Below are positions 37,074-48,458 of a stretch of DNA of 64,000 nt, in pieces. Source of the DNA: Fistulifera solaris (lineage: Eukaryota). The stretch lies in contig AP026164.1 in the NCBI GenBank assembly GCA_030295235.1, forward strand, positions 682,001 through 746,000, given 5' to 3'. How positions within the stretch are numbered: position 1 is the stretch's first letter; each line of letters begins with the position of its first letter. The translations under genes and the position numbers were made by a program. The notes under the pieces were generated by a model that worked only from the letters and a program-made list of their open reading frames with translations, was not told where the DNA came from and made no database searches.

Positions 37074-40000
37074 TTATTCGATTTCGATGACATCAACTAT
37101 CTCGCCTGATTCTATTGCCATTTTATGAACTGAATGTGTTGGCAAAGACGCTGCTGCTACATTCTTGCTCAACAGTAAACCCTTAAAGTAGTCCGCGAAC
37201 ATCGGTTCTTCTACGAATATGAATTCTGTTGCCCCATGCTGCAATTGACTGCGGATAAACCGAAGCAAGCCCTCTGAGTCTGGAGCGATCGGGAATCGAA
37301 CGCCGTTCACCGAAGCAAATATGTCACCAACACTTGGCTTGGAAAGTTCTGCACCTGGTGATACTTTTGATACAACAATGCGTCCCTTGTAGTTTTCGAT
37401 GGTTAGGCCCAGGCTTGGTCCTTTCAAAATAATTCGATATGCCCGGCACGTTTCACCACAAAAGCTGTATCGCGAATCGATAGCGCTGGGTGACGCTGAA
37501 CTCTTGTCTACTTCTGTAGCAGCTACCTTTTATCCTCCTCTTCATCATCGGATAATGCAATAGCATCATCTTCTGTTTGGCCAGAGTGTTCTTTTGTGGG
37601 GCTAGACTTCGGCAAAGAATCAGCATTAAGGGGCGCAGGTTTCGCATTGCAAAACTCTTCGTTCAAATCCTTAAAAATAGTTTCTGAATCAGGAGCGACT
37701 TCGTCGTCATCGGCTGACACCTGCAACATCCTTTGCTCTTCGTCACCGAGCATTTCGATATCATGAACGAGATCAGAATCAAGCTGTAAAAAATCTTCTC
37801 CCGATTCGGCATCATATAAAAGATCTTCATCTTGACCAACATCGAGGCCCTGAAAATGATCATGCAGCTCCTTCACTGTGTGGTAAGTCTTATCCACAAC
37901 GAGTTTATGGTTTTCCTTTCCTTCTACGAATTCCCCGAGATCGGTAAATTTCTTCTCGATCAACCTCCACAATATATCATCAATAGTGCCGCGCGCAACA
38001 AAATAGAGGCATTGCACACGAGCCTGTTGGCCGATACGGTGACACCGATCCTCTGCTTGAATCATTATAGCCGGAGTCCAGAAGAGTTCAGCGAACCACA
38101 CCGTTGATGAGGCTGTTAAGGTCACAGCGACGCCTGCTGCCGTGATGCCGAGCAATGCAATCCTCGTCGTAGGATCAGTCTGAAAAATTTGAATTTGTTC
38201 TTGCCGTTGCTTCGGGTTAGTGGATCCATCAATTCTTATGAACTTATATTTACCATCTGACTCTCGATTTGATAAATCAGCCAAGTCCCTGATTGCGTCC
38301 AGGACCGATAGGTGGTGAGCGAAAATGCAGAGTTTGCCTTTTGTAGGGTCGTTCAACCAACGCTTCAGAATATCAACTATTATTGGGATCTTAACCTGAC
38401 CGGTCCTTTCATATAGTCGTGCTAGAACTCTTGTCCTCTTCGACTCATGTTGGTTCGTGTGATTCTGCCCGAATCGTGACGCTATTGCATCCATGCCTTG
38501 CTTTAATTGGGATTCGATGCGGCTATTGAAATCAGATTCCAGTTGCATTTTGAGAAATTCGTATCGGTCTTGTGACAACTGGTGGACTACCTGATTAAGG
38601 GTATTTTGAATACGAATTCGACCTTCCATCTCGCTCCGCTCTACTTGAGCTTCAAGTGATTTAATGGCATCCTGTATTTCACACTGCACTGGCTCGGTAC
38701 TTAAGCCTCCACCAATCGTTTGGGCGTTATTGCTTGTATTTGGACCAGTTAATGATAAATGATGCTCGATACGAGCAAGTTGTCCAAGTGTTCCCTTTCC
38801 TTGTCGAAGCTTAGCTAATAGGTCCTTGAATTCTAGTTGCTCATTCGGGCCGAGAACTTGAAAGCTTGCTTTCTCACGAAGCTTACGAGGAAGAGACTTC
38901 AATATATCTGCTTTCAGGCGGCGTATCATGACCGTCCCCGTTAACATTGTATGAAGTTCAGCACTACTTTCGGCATTCCCGTTTCTCACGTACTTGTCAA
39001 CAAAAGCAGCTTCGTCATCCCACCACCCGTGTCGCTCGGTGCCCAATATAAGTAGCTGCGGCCAAAGCTCGGCGGGACGAGCGAGAGCAGGGGTCCCAGA
39101 CAACAAAACACATCTTTTTGTTGCGGTAGCACCGGGAGCAAACGCGAAGTGCGCTTGCTTGATTTGTTTTTAAGCATGTGTGACTCGTCGACAATAGCAC
39201 AATCAAACATTCCAGGAGTGATCTTCCTGCTCTCCACAAGAGTCGTAACAAGTCCGTATGAGCAAATGATAACTTTGGTAGACTGTGGGGGAAAATTTCG
39301 TCTTTCGATGTCGAAAGATCGTTGATTTGCGACTGTGAAAGACTACTATTGTCATCATGAGAGTTGTCGCTGTCTTTACCGAGCCAGAGCAAAAATTCAC
39401 TTTCCCAATGATACCGCGCACTGCTGGGGCAAAGGACTAACAGCGGCCATTCCTGAAAATATATGCTCATGCTGGCAATTGCTTGAATGGTCTTCCCTAG
39501 GCCCATGTCTAACAAGGGTTGTAGTGAGCATGTAGTCATCTCTGGCGAAGCTCGGAAACAACGACTTACCGTCCGCAATCATGGCCCTGCCATCCTTGCT
39601 TAAAACGAAATCTACACCGCCTCGCTGAAAGGGTGCAAGAGCCTTTGCTAAGCGGAGAGGTAAGCCTTTCTCTTGCAGCTGCTCTGCTGATGGGTACCCC
39701 TGAGCCTGCCTTGCTCTTTCCACAGACGCCACATGAAGCTGATGCTGCGGGATGCCCTCGATAGAGGTCAGTGGATCGGACTGCAGGAATGAAGCAAAAG
39801 CTAAAAGAGTGTTAGAGCGTCCGGTCATATTGCTTCTTTTTTAAAAGCAACGTACCGTGATAAGCACCCAGGGGGATTCTCCATTTTCCACTCCCATCCG
39901 CGTCGTGTTCGTACACTGCTTTGCCGTGCTCCCTTGAAATAGCTTTGATCGACGCACGAAGCCCTGCTATAGGTGTTGGATTCTTACCAAACTGCACCGG

Positions 40001-41560
40001 TAAGCCAATGATTGTAAACTCGTTCACGTTCAAAAGTGAAAGGCGAAATAACCGTCGTTCATTTTTGGGTGACTTTTGTGGACTCGGAAGAAGTTGGTTC
40101 CATGTAGGCGTAAAATTATGAAATTCTAGGTATTCCGGAGTGTTCAGAACAATCGAGTGAGGACGCTGGTGCGGGACTACTGGAAGCCTAGCGGACCCTA
40201 TCGATAGGCCGCCATGATTTGTGACAGGCATTGGGGGTCTATGACCAGGAGGTTTCGAGAAAGGCCCTGGTTGTGGCTCTATCCTTGGACGCTTTCTAGC
40301 CAACGAATCAGCCGGCGCAATATCTTCTATGCTTCCCTCACCGCTATCTGTGTCATCGTCCACGGAAATGATTATATGATCGTCACTCTCCGTCGACTTC
40401 ATCTGAGACTCTGCAGTGAAAGGTTCTCTGTCTTCATCGGCTATTCCTTTGTTATGCACTTCATTCTGAAGAGTGTTCTGACCGTCGACTCCCAGTTGCC
40501 CAGATACGTCATGCTGTGTAGGACATGACGGTGGACTGTTCTGCACATCCAACAATGCAGCTTCTTGTACCATCGGGTCGTCGTAGCTGTTCTGATGCTC
40601 CATGGGAATAGAATCTGTGTTGTTCTGTTGATTTTCCATGATTTCACTGTAGTCGATCTCGCCAATCAGAGGAGATTTGGTTTCGGGCGTATTCAAGGTT
40701 TTTTGTGGGTCCTCTCCTATATCCAATAAGGCCGCCTCTTGCACCATTAACGGATCTCCATAAGCAGGCAGTTCTTCACTCTGTACGGTGCTCGACGACG
40801 CTTGCCTTAGAGCTTCGGTATCCTCCTGATGAACCAAAGCCCGTACGGGCACAGATGAAATCGGCGGTGTAGCTTCTTCGATTGTTTCTACGGCACTATC
40901 ATGGTTCGGCATGGCATCATCGAGATCAGCTCTTGAGACCTGACCTAGGTGTTCCTTAGAGGCGGCATCTTCCGTCGGTAGCGCTAATTTCGTGCCTGGT
41001 AGTTTTTCCGTCAACGTTTCTTTGCCTTCCGCGAACTGTTCATCCTGAGTAGATTTCGTAGTATACTGCAATGTCGTGACTATATTCGAGTGGATAGGGT
41101 CTTGATTATTGTCGGCCGGGGATGCAGGAGTGAACGAGTGTTCTCCGATTCGTGCGTTCTCTTCCAATGTGTTCATCTTGGCGGAAGCAGACGGAGATGC
41201 TTCTATTGCAGATGTGTCAACGTGTATTTCTGTAACAGTAGGAGGGACAACCGCTGATTTCTCAATGAGAGAGTCGCTTATTAGTTCGGATTTTCCACTG
41301 GTTAGGTCCTCGGCTATAGCAACATGCACTATTGCCGGAATGACAGTATCTTCATTGTCGGCAATGTCTGTTACTTGATCTGTAACATCTGGTTTCTTCG
41401 GATGAAGCTGTAAAAGAGCTGATTCTATCGGAGCAACAGGGACGTTTATAATGGCTTCGGCGGGCGTCTCGCGAATAGCCGTTCCGGATGATTCTTCGCC
41501 CTGAATAGCGGTATTATTAGGAAGGACCTCCGCGACCGGTGTATCTGTATTCGCATCCAT
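37074..41560 (-). CDS. SMARCAL1: SMARCAL1/ZRANB3-like SNF2 helicase with HARP-like domain and C-terminal PDZ-like domain
   Basis: PFQRGGVDF, IADDMGLGKTIQA (across an intron), VDESH, LSGTPALARP, RIDGST, FAELFWTP..QAEDRCHRIGQ. Confidence 0.85.
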
Positions 41561-42290
41561 TTTCTCAATTCACGTGTTTCAGATTTAAAAAATACGTAAA
41601 ACACTCGTCTTGTAGCCGATTCAACAATAATCCCGCTGCGTGTGGTAGCAAAAACCAAAAATTGTTGTGTTGCTTTAATTTAGCGATTCGCTCAGAGATT
41701 GTAAGACGGAATGCTTCACCGAGCACAATCAATGAAACGGTATCGTTATGCAAAGGAAATACGTCAAGAGAACTAGGAGTTCACGGTTTTCAAAAGCCAG
41801 GTTCAAGGATCAAATGATCTTCCTTTGCAACAAGGTCGTACTCGTGCGAATGATTGCGGAAGGAGATGAATGAAACAAAGATAGTCAGTACCGCTACGTC
41901 TATCGTCTATAATAATTCATGTAGGCGAAATAACAGCGACAAATTGCAATATAGCTATCAGTACCGGTTACAGCAAAGTGGGTCGAACCGCGTTGATTTT
42001 CGGGGGAGGTTTAGTGCTTGCACTTTAGTTCCATACGTTGCGATGAGAATAATAGAACAGCGTGACAGCTGACAACTATTTTTACCCCGTCCTTAATTTT
42101 TTCATTACAAAGTATACAAAAACAATAACAAAGAAGCCTTGAACGCGAAAGAGAGGTAGCGCCTGCTCATGACCCACTCGCATTGCTCGCATAGAATACA
42201 CATTTAATTGCTCCATACAGAAGACAACATATCAAACTTTTTGTTATCAATCAAACGCAATCACAAAAATATTTCCCGCACATTCTCAAA

Positions 42291-42842
42291 ATGGTCAACC
42301 CCAATTCTAACGGCCCCATTGCTGAAAACGCACGGCAATTTCAGGATCAATTGCACAGGCTCTTGTCTAAGCTGACGGATACAACCGATTTCATTAAAAA
42401 TTGGCCCGAAGCCAAAGGTGGCGACGGGTCCATGCACGTCGAACGGACCAGCCAACTGATTACTAAGATACATACAACTGTGAAAATGCTACAAAGGGTC
42501 GAAGGATTCTTACAGAAAGATGCGGCCTTGCGCGAAACGTTCCTGCAGTGCCGCATTCCGTTGGATCTGTTGGATATGCTGGATTCCAGCAAAGTGAATC
42601 CGGAGCTATTTGCACGAGGACTGCTCCGCGAAGCGCTGGGACAGCTGGCGGGGTTGAAGCGACGGAAATTGGCTCTGGAATTGCTGGGTGGAGCGATCAC
42701 ATCTGGGATCACAGGTGTCGCACCAACACAGGCCTCGGAGAATGAGCCGTTAGTAGACGAAGAACAAACAATGAACGACGAGAAAGACGGTTCGAAGAAA
42801 AGAAAAAATGGAACAACTGGAAGACGGTTTACACGGAGATGA
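42291..42842 (+). CDS. MED10: Mediator subunit Med10/Nut2-like
   Basis: RIPLDLLDMLD...NPELFARGLL followed by a helical LKRRKLAL segment, matching the Med10 IP.E....ID.G.NP pattern. Confidence 0.65.
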   Translation: MVNPNSNGPIAENARQFQDQLHRLLSKLTDTTDFIKNWPEAKGGDGSMHVERTSQLITKIHTTVKMLQRVEGFLQKDAALRETFLQCRIPLDLLDMLDSSKVNPELFARGLLREALGQLAGLKRRKLALELLGGAITSGITGVAPTQASENEPLVDEEQTMNDEKDGSKKRKNGTTGRRFTRR

Positions 42843-43696
42843 TGTCGATGCGGATACAACAACGCGAAAGAAAATTAAATTAGAACACGAGAACGAACCG
42901 GCGCCTTGAAGCATTACCGGACGTCGGCGTTAGAGAAACTATTGTGGTTATTGTTTTGATTTAACTACGCATACTCTGTAATATGATTTACGCTAGCTAC
43001 CACCTGTGCAAATGCTTGTTTTTGCAAAAGGTTCCTTCATATAAGGATAACGCGAAGACGATCATTTCCGCATCGATTTCCAGGGCTAATTTGCACCCTA
43101 TTTATCATGAACTATTTCAACAATATTGCTACTTCGCATCCGATAGACGTTAGTTATCTTCATCTCGTGATCGAAACGCAGAAAAGGGTGCAACGCTTCG
43201 ACAGTCTACGTGAATTTCGCGTACCGGTAGGGGCCGTAAGAAATTTATCGATGTTTGGGGAACCCGGAAGGGAACCTAGCTAAACGAGTACCGGTACCAG
43301 CAATGTAAAATGTAAAGTAATCGTTACACATAGTCACACCGTTTCACACAAAAAGGATGCTTAAATCCTCATTGCGCGTCAATAAAAAATTTGTACTGTA
43401 CGAGCGCCGGAGTCCAAGTCCATTGTCCATTCGAATCTTCGTGAATTGAATCTTGAGAGATTCACTCACATCGAATTCTCCGATGACGAACGAAAAGTAC
43501 ACATTCTTCCAGTGTCAGAGAACGCTCTCTTTCTTCCATCCACTTTTTTTGGAAACATTTCTTTCTCCCCCTTCTTTCGCCCTTCACCAAAGACCAAAGT
43601 CGTGAAAGTGACGAGCGACTGCGTCATAAAGTTATGGTTCAAAGAAAACATCCCCACAAGACACTCCTCTGTTTGCAACTAAAGCCTTACTAAAAC

Positions 43697-45589
43697 ATGA
43701 CGATTGATTTTCATCTTCTTGAAGATAAGGACTCGCGGCGGCGATTTATGGAAGTAAACGGCATTTCTACGAATGATGTAAGCAGCGATCACCACGATCG
43801 CAGGCGGCTTCGTCATCATCATCATCGCCATCCTGTTGCGCATGAGTCATCGGAAGACAAGTTCGGTAAATTAGAAATAGCGCAGGAAAACGACTTTTGG
43901 GCGAAGCAAAAGAAAATGGAACACGACTCAGAAGCCAAGGTGGCGAAGCAACATCGGAAGCGACAAAAACTCATGCACGAACTCTACCAGGATTCGGGCA
44001 TTCATCAGGACAGCATTCATGGATTGATGATCGATGCTGGTTCCACGGGGAGCAGACTACATGTGTATGAGTGGAAGCCGCGTGTGCTCAGTGACCCAGA
44101 TGATATCGCGGCGGCTGTAGCTGGTGATTACATCAGTGTCCCGGGAACGGAGTCGAGATGGACCGATCGATTGCGACCTGGTCTTGATACGTTTGCTAGT
44201 ATTCAAGACGATGATGAATTACGTCAGGCAGTAAGAGACTACTTGCAGCCTCTTTTAGAGTTTGCCGAGACTGTGCTGCACGAGAAACGGAATAAGTTCG
44301 GAGAATATCCCATCTTTTTGCGAGCAACGGCAGGAATGCGAATCTTGAGTACGGAAGACCGTGCCCGTGTCATGGAAGCCGTACGTAGCTCGTTCCGTGA
44401 CAAGACTTATTCGCCCTTTGCTTTTGTCGACGAGCAGGCAAGAGTCTTGTCTGGTGAAGAAGAGGCTATCTATGATTGGACCGGGGTCAATTTTTTATTA
44501 GGGAATTTAGTCGAACAATCTGCTGGAGCTGGTTCCGTGGTAGAACCCACGTTGACGCACGGTGCCTTAGACCTCGGTGGCGGTAGTACGCAGATCGCGT
44601 TTTTCGAGCCGAACGGCGATATCATGAGCAACCTTTTCAAGCTGCAGATTGGACAAGCCAAGCATTGGAATCTTTACGCGCACAGTTTCCTCTTTTATGG
44701 GATAAACGAAGCTATTGCGAGATTTCATTCGAGGCTGATCGCCAACAAGACTGTGGAAGAGCGTCTTGTAAAGGGAATTCACAATCCTTGTCTTCCAGGA
44801 GGGTCAGAGCAACAAGTGCGCACTGACATTCACGTGAAACACGACGGGCTTGAAATTTGGGAAAGTGAAGATGCCAGCGCCAGCGCAGTTAGTCACGCCA
44901 TATTAAGGAATGTAAAGGCCCATGGAGATGTGGATCAGTGCTTTGAAGCAGCGAAAGCTCTCTTGCATCTAGAAAAGAATGATTGGTGCGAATTCGCTCA
45001 CAAAGGAGATTGTTCATTCGCTGGGATATATCAGCCTGCGCTTCCAATCCAAAGTCCAAACTTTGGAGAGTTTTTAGCCTTTTCGAATTACTATCATGTT
45101 TGGCAATTCCTTCACTTGCCAGACAAGGCGTCGATAACGCAGCTTGAGCAAGCCACAAGACATGCTTGCTCCTTATCAAAGGAAGAACTGATTGTATTTA
45201 ATGACGGCATAGTGAGTGAAGACGAACTAGATAGTTACTGCTTCAGGTCGGCCTACGTTTACCAATTACTTCGACATGGCTATGGCTTCAAAGATGAAGA
45301 TTCTATCAGAGCGACTCGAGTTGTTGCTGGGCATCAGGTTGGATGGTGTGCGGGCGCTATGCTGTACGAAATAAACGCCATGCCTTGGAAGTATGTGGAG
45401 CAAAAGGTTGACATGGTTAGCGCGACAGCTATACCAGAGATCTCTGCTGTAATACTGATTGGTATCTTTTCGATGCTTTCGCTTCTTTTGGCAATTTTCC
45501 GTCTTTCTCGGCAAAGACGTCAATTTCTTAGTGAATATGAATGCCTCGTGGCGAAACAAGAAAGCAAGAAAATGTACGATAGTTTGTAG
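43697..45589 (+). CDS. GDA1/CD39 family NTPDase (apyrase)
   Basis: ACR motifs IDAGSTGSR, ATAGMR, GEEEA, DLGGGSTQ, GW; C-terminal TM helix. Confidence 0.93.
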   Translation: MTIDFHLLEDKDSRRRFMEVNGISTNDVSSDHHDRRRLRHHHHRHPVAHESSEDKFGKLEIAQENDFWAKQKKMEHDSEAKVAKQHRKRQKLMHELYQDSGIHQDSIHGLMIDAGSTGSRLHVYEWKPRVLSDPDDIAAAVAGDYISVPGTESRWTDRLRPGLDTFASIQDDDELRQAVRDYLQPLLEFAETVLHEKRNKFGEYPIFLRATAGMRILSTEDRARVMEAVRSSFRDKTYSPFAFVDEQARVLSGEEEAIYDWTGVNFLLGNLVEQSAGAGSVVEPTLTHGALDLGGGSTQIAFFEPNGDIMSNLFKLQIGQAKHWNLYAHSFLFYGINEAIARFHSRLIANKTVEERLVKGIHNPCLPGGSEQQVRTDIHVKHDGLEIWESEDASASAVSHAILRNVKAHGDVDQCFEAAKALLHLEKNDWCEFAHKGDCSFAGIYQPALPIQSPNFGEFLAFSNYYHVWQFLHLPDKASITQLEQATRHACSLSKEELIVFNDGIVSEDELDSYCFRSAYVYQLLRHGYGFKDEDSIRATRVVAGHQVGWCAGAMLYEINAMPWKYVEQKVDMVSATAIPEISAVILIGIFSMLSLLLAIFRLSRQRRQFLSEYECLVAKQESKKMYDSL

Positions 45590-45698
45590 GTTCATTTTGT
45601 AATAACGTTTTCATTAGAGCTTGTTGTTCGAATATGGTATGAAGCATTCATGATAGACCTAGGCCGCTGTAGTATTCTTTCCTGTAACTCATTCTAGA

Positions 45699-47753
45699 TT
45701 ATAATGCAGCCGTATCTGCACTGGGTAGTGAATCGGCATTTTCCGGAATCTTGCTGTCCGGGATAGCTTGTGTACATGTTTCGGTCGCATGCCTCCACCA
45801 CCGCTGTGAAGAGCGAATCTGCTTTCCGCCAAGTGCGTGTCCCATCCCTCTAAACAAGAAGCTTACCCTAGCAACGAAAACTGACATTTAAACAAGATGA
45901 GCGATATTCGTAAACGACTACAGGGCGGATTTGAACTTACTGGCAGAATCCGGAATATTTTTTAGGCTGTTTTCTTTCATGAGTGACTCAAAGTAATGCT
46001 GTGGCGTCGCGAAGCCCAATTCAGCGCCTTCCTGATCGCTGTCAAAGAAAATTTTCCCGTACTTCACCAGCATTTTATCATCGTCGTCTCGTTCCAACGA
46101 AAAACCAAGATCTCTCATGGCGGTAGCAATAATAGAATCATCGCATCCTTGGCCTATAGCTGCTACTATGCGCGACAATTTTATACGCTCTTCATCGGTC
46201 AGTCGCCTAGTTTGACCATAATCAATGAGACCTAGACGACCATCATCTAATCTCAAAACGTTTCCGAAATGGCAATCCCCATTGAATATCCCATCTTCGA
46301 AAATTTGCTTTCCATGGACGTCAACGAGAAGTTTCACGTATCGACGACATTTTTTAACCAGAAACTGCAGTCGAAGCTTGCTGAACCAACCCAGAGATTG
46401 TAAAATTTCCATGCTTCTTCCTTCCCCCGAGATCACTTCCTTCTTCCGCTCCGCCAAAAATTCAGTCGCCGTTCGCTGATCACCGAAAGCAGCATGGAGA
46501 TCTTCTTGGATAGCTGTTATTAGTTTGGGTCCATTTAGCATTTCCATAACTAAGACTTCTTTGCAGCAGAGGCTCGTCAACGGCTCCGGAACGCACACTC
46601 TGTCTCTGTAGGGTGAGTTCATCAGATTCTGTCGAACCTGCGTCAAGGAGGCTGCTTCATTATTGTAATCAAATTCAGTCATAACTCGTCTTTCCAGCTC
46701 GTCCAAGATGCCATGCCACTGAGGAAGTGCCATCCGGCAAAGCCACCGAAAGACCTGAAAATCGTGGGCAAACCTCGCTTCGGCACCTGGGTGCATCACT
46801 TTGATGGCAACTGTTCTGCCCCCAGCATAGTTATGATCGTTTTGAAGCTTTTCGAACCATTTCTTACTCAAAACAGCCTTGTGTACTTGACCTATACTAG
46901 CTGATCCAAGGGCTTTCGACTCGATGCTATCTAAAACATCGTCCATGTCAACGTCGAGCGATTCCTTTAACGATTTAGATATTATTTCTCTTACACTTTC
47001 GATGGGCCACTGCGGAATGCTATCCTGTAGTGTCTCAAATAAATCCGTGTATTGATGTGGCATCATGTCGGGTCTAGCAGAAAGAACCTGTCCTATCTTA
47101 GCATATAAACCACGAAGATGAAGAATCAGATCTAAAGCTGGCTGGGCGTAGCGATCGTGCAAGGCCGTATAGGTGCGTTCCCGTTCCTCTTTGGTAGATT
47201 GTCGCATTCGTTTTAAACGCCATTGAGTGTGCATATAATGTCCCACAATGGGACCCGCGTGCATCCAGAAGTATGTAGCTCGTTTCAAGGGTTCTGAAGA
47301 TCTTGCTTTTACAAATAAGGCTGCTGACAGGAAAAGCGCCGTCTGCGGCCCAGAAATGAATCGCTCATAATTTTTCCATTGTAGCGGAAGGCCCATGAAA
47401 GCACCCTTCCATTGATTTCTCTCTAATTTGGTCGGAATATCGCCGAGCTTGATTAGTGATTTCGGGTGGATTTCTTTCCAAAGAGCATCACATTTGGCCT
47501 TGACTTCCGACAGTAAAGAGTCCCTTGATTCCGTGACAACACTTTTTGTTTCCTGCTGTCGGATCACTACATTTTCGATGGCAGAAGAGCTGTTTGATTT
47601 TATTTCAGAACCGTTTGTCGAGGGTAAAGCTGCATCTCCGACTTTGATGATCGGGTTCTCCCACAACTTCAGCACGGTCGGATCCGCTACGAGCAAACTC
47701 CATCTTGAACTCAAAATAAGGAAATGTAACGTCCAACGGATCGCACACACCAT
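45699..47753 (-). CDS. ABC1/ADCK (UbiB) atypical kinase with signal peptide
   Basis: KIGQVLSARPD, SASIGQVHKA, VAIKV, EFDY..EA, GDCHFGN, LIDYGQ. A short 3' intron joins to FVARVSFLFRG. Confidence 0.9.
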
Positions 47754-48458
47754 TGCCAATTGAATGAAGAAGAAGGAAAGAAGATTGTCGAGGTGATGAA
47801 GGAGAGTTCACAGTTGCCAGCTCCCTCACATTTCCTCTACCAGTTAAGCAACAAACACAAGAAAACAGAAAACCAAACAAAAACGAAAGCAAAAAAGTTG
47901 ACACTGCACTCTGGTACGGTACTTGTACTGTACCCAGTACCGATACCGGCACGGCACCGTCGCCCGCAGTAGCGGAGAGACGACAGACGAAAGTATCGCA
48001 CATAAACTACTACTGTACGTAAAGGATCATTTCCTACACTACTACGTACTTTCTACGAAGTCTGTCGTAGCGTCGTAGCTCGCTGCGTACTCTCACCTCT
48101 ATTGTTTGCATTGGCCCCGCAAAAAAGGCAGCCACATAATGCAGATCGCGAACAAGCAAAGAAGACGTACTTTATTTAATAAACGAGCTAAATGATTCAA
48201 TAATGTTGCAGTGTCACAATGCGAAAATACTTCGTTGCTGAATTCATGCATAATAGCAATGATGGTATTGCATTTAGCCGAAATGGAATAAATAAGCGCG
48301 TGCCGACCCCTATTCCGCAAACCCGCGAACTGGTTTCACTTTTGTTTCCAATCGGCCACAATTTAGTGCTTTCACGATCATTTGCTTGCAACTTGCAACA
48401 TTTTCTCGACGTGAAATCAAAGGTTACATTACAGAACAAGGTTATTATAATATTTATC

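Noticed and set aside
48219..48458. 80 aa N-terminal extension of the 960 aa ORF
   Set aside because: The signal peptide begins at ATG 48459; the upstream part looks like promoter/UTR. The same applies to extensions at 25127-25333 and 58504-58542.
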